Below, in pieces: positions 61,698 through 64,000 of a stretch of 64,000 nt of DNA. Below the pieces are notes generated by a model that searched no databases, was not told where the DNA came from, and saw only the letters and a list, made by a program, of their open reading frames with translations. The position numbers and the translations under genes were made by a program. The first letter of the stretch is position 1. Every line of letters starts with the position of its first letter. Origin of the DNA: Oikopleura dioica (Eukaryota > Animalia > Chordata); assembly GCA_907165135.1 (NCBI GenBank), contig OU015569.1, forward strand, positions 9,015,889 to 9,079,888. Direction: 5' to 3'.

Positions 61698-62520
61698 TTA
61701 TGTTTCTGGAATTTTTGAAAGTTCCTTGCTAGGATATTTCAGTTGATCAGGTGAAGGATTTGAAAAATGAATTGAAGGGTTATCATTAGAATAATCTTCA
61801 TCTTTTGAGTTCGCAGTTCCCTCGTCCTTTGAATTAAATGTATCTAAAGGTGGGTACATTTTGTCCTCAGGTTGTGTCGGAGGATTTTTCACCTTATTCC
61901 CCTTACTGGAATCAAAGGAATCATTTGGTATTCCAGTCCTCGATTTATTATTTTTATTCATGCTTCTGTCAATATCATGAGAATGGCGACCAAAATCATC
62001 ATAGGTAAGAAATTGCTTGCATTTTGTTGATAAACACGAGAAGACGAGTCTAGATATATCATTTTCGATTCTCTGGAGCGCTTTCGATCCCCTTTTGATG
62101 TTTGCGGAACACTTAGAGACCGAACAAATTGAATCTGGGTAATTTTCGGGAAGACAGGCATCACAGAATCGTCGTCTACACTCCTCCGCTTGTCGCAATG
62201 ATTGTACGTATTTCGGGATAAAATGAACATATAATGATCTCGGAATGTGCCTTAAATGTCCCATAGCTCTTATGACTATAAAGATCAATAATAAAATAAT
62301 ATGTAATGATCAAAAATACGATATTTGAAAGATGATAGTCGGATATTTCAATTATATTTACCCGCATTTTACACACGTATTTTTGAAAGTACTCTCTTTT
62401 TGATCGATCAAAAATTTTTTCGGAATTCCTTTCTCGTGCTCTCGGCCCGCCATTGCAGAATGAAGCAGATAAATATCAAGACTGGGCATTTTCCCTTTTG
62501 CACGACGCAGTGCAAACATT
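61698..62520 (-). CDS. Hypothetical Cys-rich protein, possibly zinc-binding, in at least two exons.
   Basis: The minus frame at 62400-62520 reads MFALRRAKGKMPSLDIYLLHSAMAGREHEKGIPKKF... ORF 61698-62288 (-) reads ...LRQAEECRRRFCDACLPENYPDSICSVSKCSANIKRGSKALQRIENDISRLVFSCLSTKCKQFLTYDDFGRHSHD..., followed by a low-complexity Ser/Asn/Asp-rich tail. Confidence 0.3.
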
Positions 62521-62822
62521 TGTGTTTGACTTAGAGGTGTTGTATTTAAACATGATATTGCTTTTTTTAATGCGTTTTCCTATCAATATAATAAACATTT
62601 TATTATTATAATTACATTATTATTTCCTTTTTTAAATGTCTTTTTTATCAAAATTGTTTATTTTACATCAATGAGCAGTGAAAAATGAGTAGCAAGAAAA
62701 AATTAAATCTGAGACATCTTACTAAAAGCATGGAGTTGCACCAAAAGACATGAAACCCTCTTCACACTCGCAAACTTTTCAAGGTTATCCCGAATATATT
62801 GTTTTATTATCTTAAAAGCTAT

Positions 62823-63999
62823 TTAACCTGTTCCTTCAGCTCCATATTGAACAATACATTTTCCATGATCACCACATTCCTTTGAGCAAGTCTGCTTATA
62901 TTGATGCAAATTATTATTTTTTGAAGTATTGAGGAAGTCCTGATTCAGAGAATAGATAGGACTGTTTTTGTTGATTCTTAAAGTCGTTGTTTGGGCAGTT
63001 GTCGAGAGTTTTGATGAAATCGGTTCTTTCGGAACGATTGGGTCCCATAGGGGTCGATCAACCTCAATCACTTTCGGTATTCCTTTTACACAAGCTGCGA
63101 ACGATTGAAGATATTGAGCGTCACTATCACAAATGCAATTGTTCCAAGATCCTCCAATGTGTGTTGAGCTAAAAGATAAAATAGATGATAATTTTGAAAT
63201 CATCTTACATCTCGCATCTTCCATATCCACAAGCATCCTCGTCAAAACAGTCCTCACCCTTTCTACGTAAGTGCATCTCAGTATTAATAATATCATCCAT
63301 GTCTGTCCATTTCAGTGTTTCAAGTTGCTCAACAGCTTCAGCACCAGGCGCAAAATAAACTATTTCAAATACTCCATAAGACATAAGATGAAAGCGATTA
63401 ACCTGCTGATGATGGAATTTCAAAGAAGCCAATTGACCATCGTGAATTAATAGAATCGTAAAAAATCTTGATTGGTTGATCTTCTTGGAATTTTCGTAGC
63501 TTGTTTGTTTCTTCATCATAATGATATTCACCATTAAATTCGTTATTTATAGCTCCAGTAAGTAAGTAAATTGGCTTCTTATCTTCAATCGGTCTTTCTG
63601 TTGTTGTGACAATCGTCGTAGTGAAAGTTGTCTCAATTTGAGATTTGGATACTACGCAGACAAACTTATCATCGACTGAAGGTTCCGTGTTATCCATGCA
63701 GTTGCACCTATCCGGGTCTCCTTTGAAATCAAAATGAAAACATCCATATTTGCAGGTATCATCTGATCGCTGGCACTTGGGTTTTATCTGGCACTCGTTT
63801 AAAATTTCGACTTCTCCATCTGCACATTTCGATGTATTTGCAGACGTTGTTTGTGCTATTTGAGGCTAGAAATTCACTCCATACATTGATAATTTTTAAA
63901 GAAGATAAGAAAAAAATTATTTCAAAGTAGGTGAATAAATTTTCGAAGCCATAGCCATTGTCGTTGTCTCTTCTGGTTTAACATCATCTCTCTCGACAT
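62823..63999 (-). CDS. Hypothetical secreted Cys-rich, EGF-like-containing protein. It runs off the 3' window edge, which is its 5' end.
   Basis: Minus-strand ORFs at 63398-63697 (...FVCVVSKSQIETTFTTTIVTTTERPIEDKKPIYLLTGAINNEFNGEYHYDEETNKL...), 63205-63534 (...KGEDCFDEDACGYGRCEM...) and 62823-63296 (...SWNNCICDSDAQYLQSFAACVKGIPKVIEVDRPLWDPIVPKEP...QYKQTCSKECGDHGKCIVQYGAEGTG) follow one another. Further Cys-rich minus-frame sequence, ...CKYGCFHFDFKGDPDRCNCMDNTEP..., lies at 63700-63850. Confidence 0.3.
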
Positions 64000-64000
64000 A

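Overview
This window is eukaryotic nuclear DNA, not prokaryotic. Almost every recognisable gene is split by short (about 40-55 nt) GT...AG introns with T-rich acceptors such as ttttag, ttcag and tttctag. The sequence is moderately AT-rich. Both strands are gene-dense except for a gene-poor AT-rich stretch at about 13-16.3 kb. The organism is a metazoan, most likely an invertebrate with a compact genome, but I cannot place it further by eye. The presence of a major vault protein gene argues against insects, and probably against nematodes, on general knowledge. Genes I can name from conserved protein motifs, 5' to 3': a Gal3ST-like sulfotransferase (-), a trypsin-like serine protease homolog lacking catalytic His and Ser (-), Xaa-Pro aminopeptidase XPNPEP1 (+), DNAJC17-like J-domain/RRM protein (-), PP6 regulatory subunit with SAPS domain (+), ECT2-like RhoGEF with BRCT, DH and PH domains (+), major vault protein MVP (+), a DDX3/PL10(Belle)-Vasa-family DEAD-box helicase (+), TAX1BP3/TIP-1 single-PDZ protein (-), cathepsin L with I29 propeptide (+, apparent 1-nt frameshift), TFIIA large subunit GTF2A1 (+), importin-4-like karyopherin (+), a degenerin/ENaC channel (-), a rhomboid protease (-), a cbEGF-containing secreted protein (-), an SLC23/SVCT nucleobase-ascorbate transporter (+) and iPLA2-beta PLA2G6 with ankyrin repeats and a patatin domain (-). 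Several lower-confidence hypothetical genes are also listed. Non-coding features: a foldback element built from tandem KpnI-site palindromes with a 9-bp target-site duplication, a Tc1/mariner-type MITE with a TA duplication, and two long intronic hairpins, one in PLA2G6 and one in importin-4. I saw no rRNA, tRNA or CRISPR and no prokaryote-style novel system. The points most worth a second look are the pseudo-protease, the frameshifted cathepsin L with two near-identical introns, a pair of paralogous small secreted peptides, an in-frame TGA in the sulfotransferase, and the foldback and hairpin elements. All coordinates were derived by eye and may be off by a few bases.
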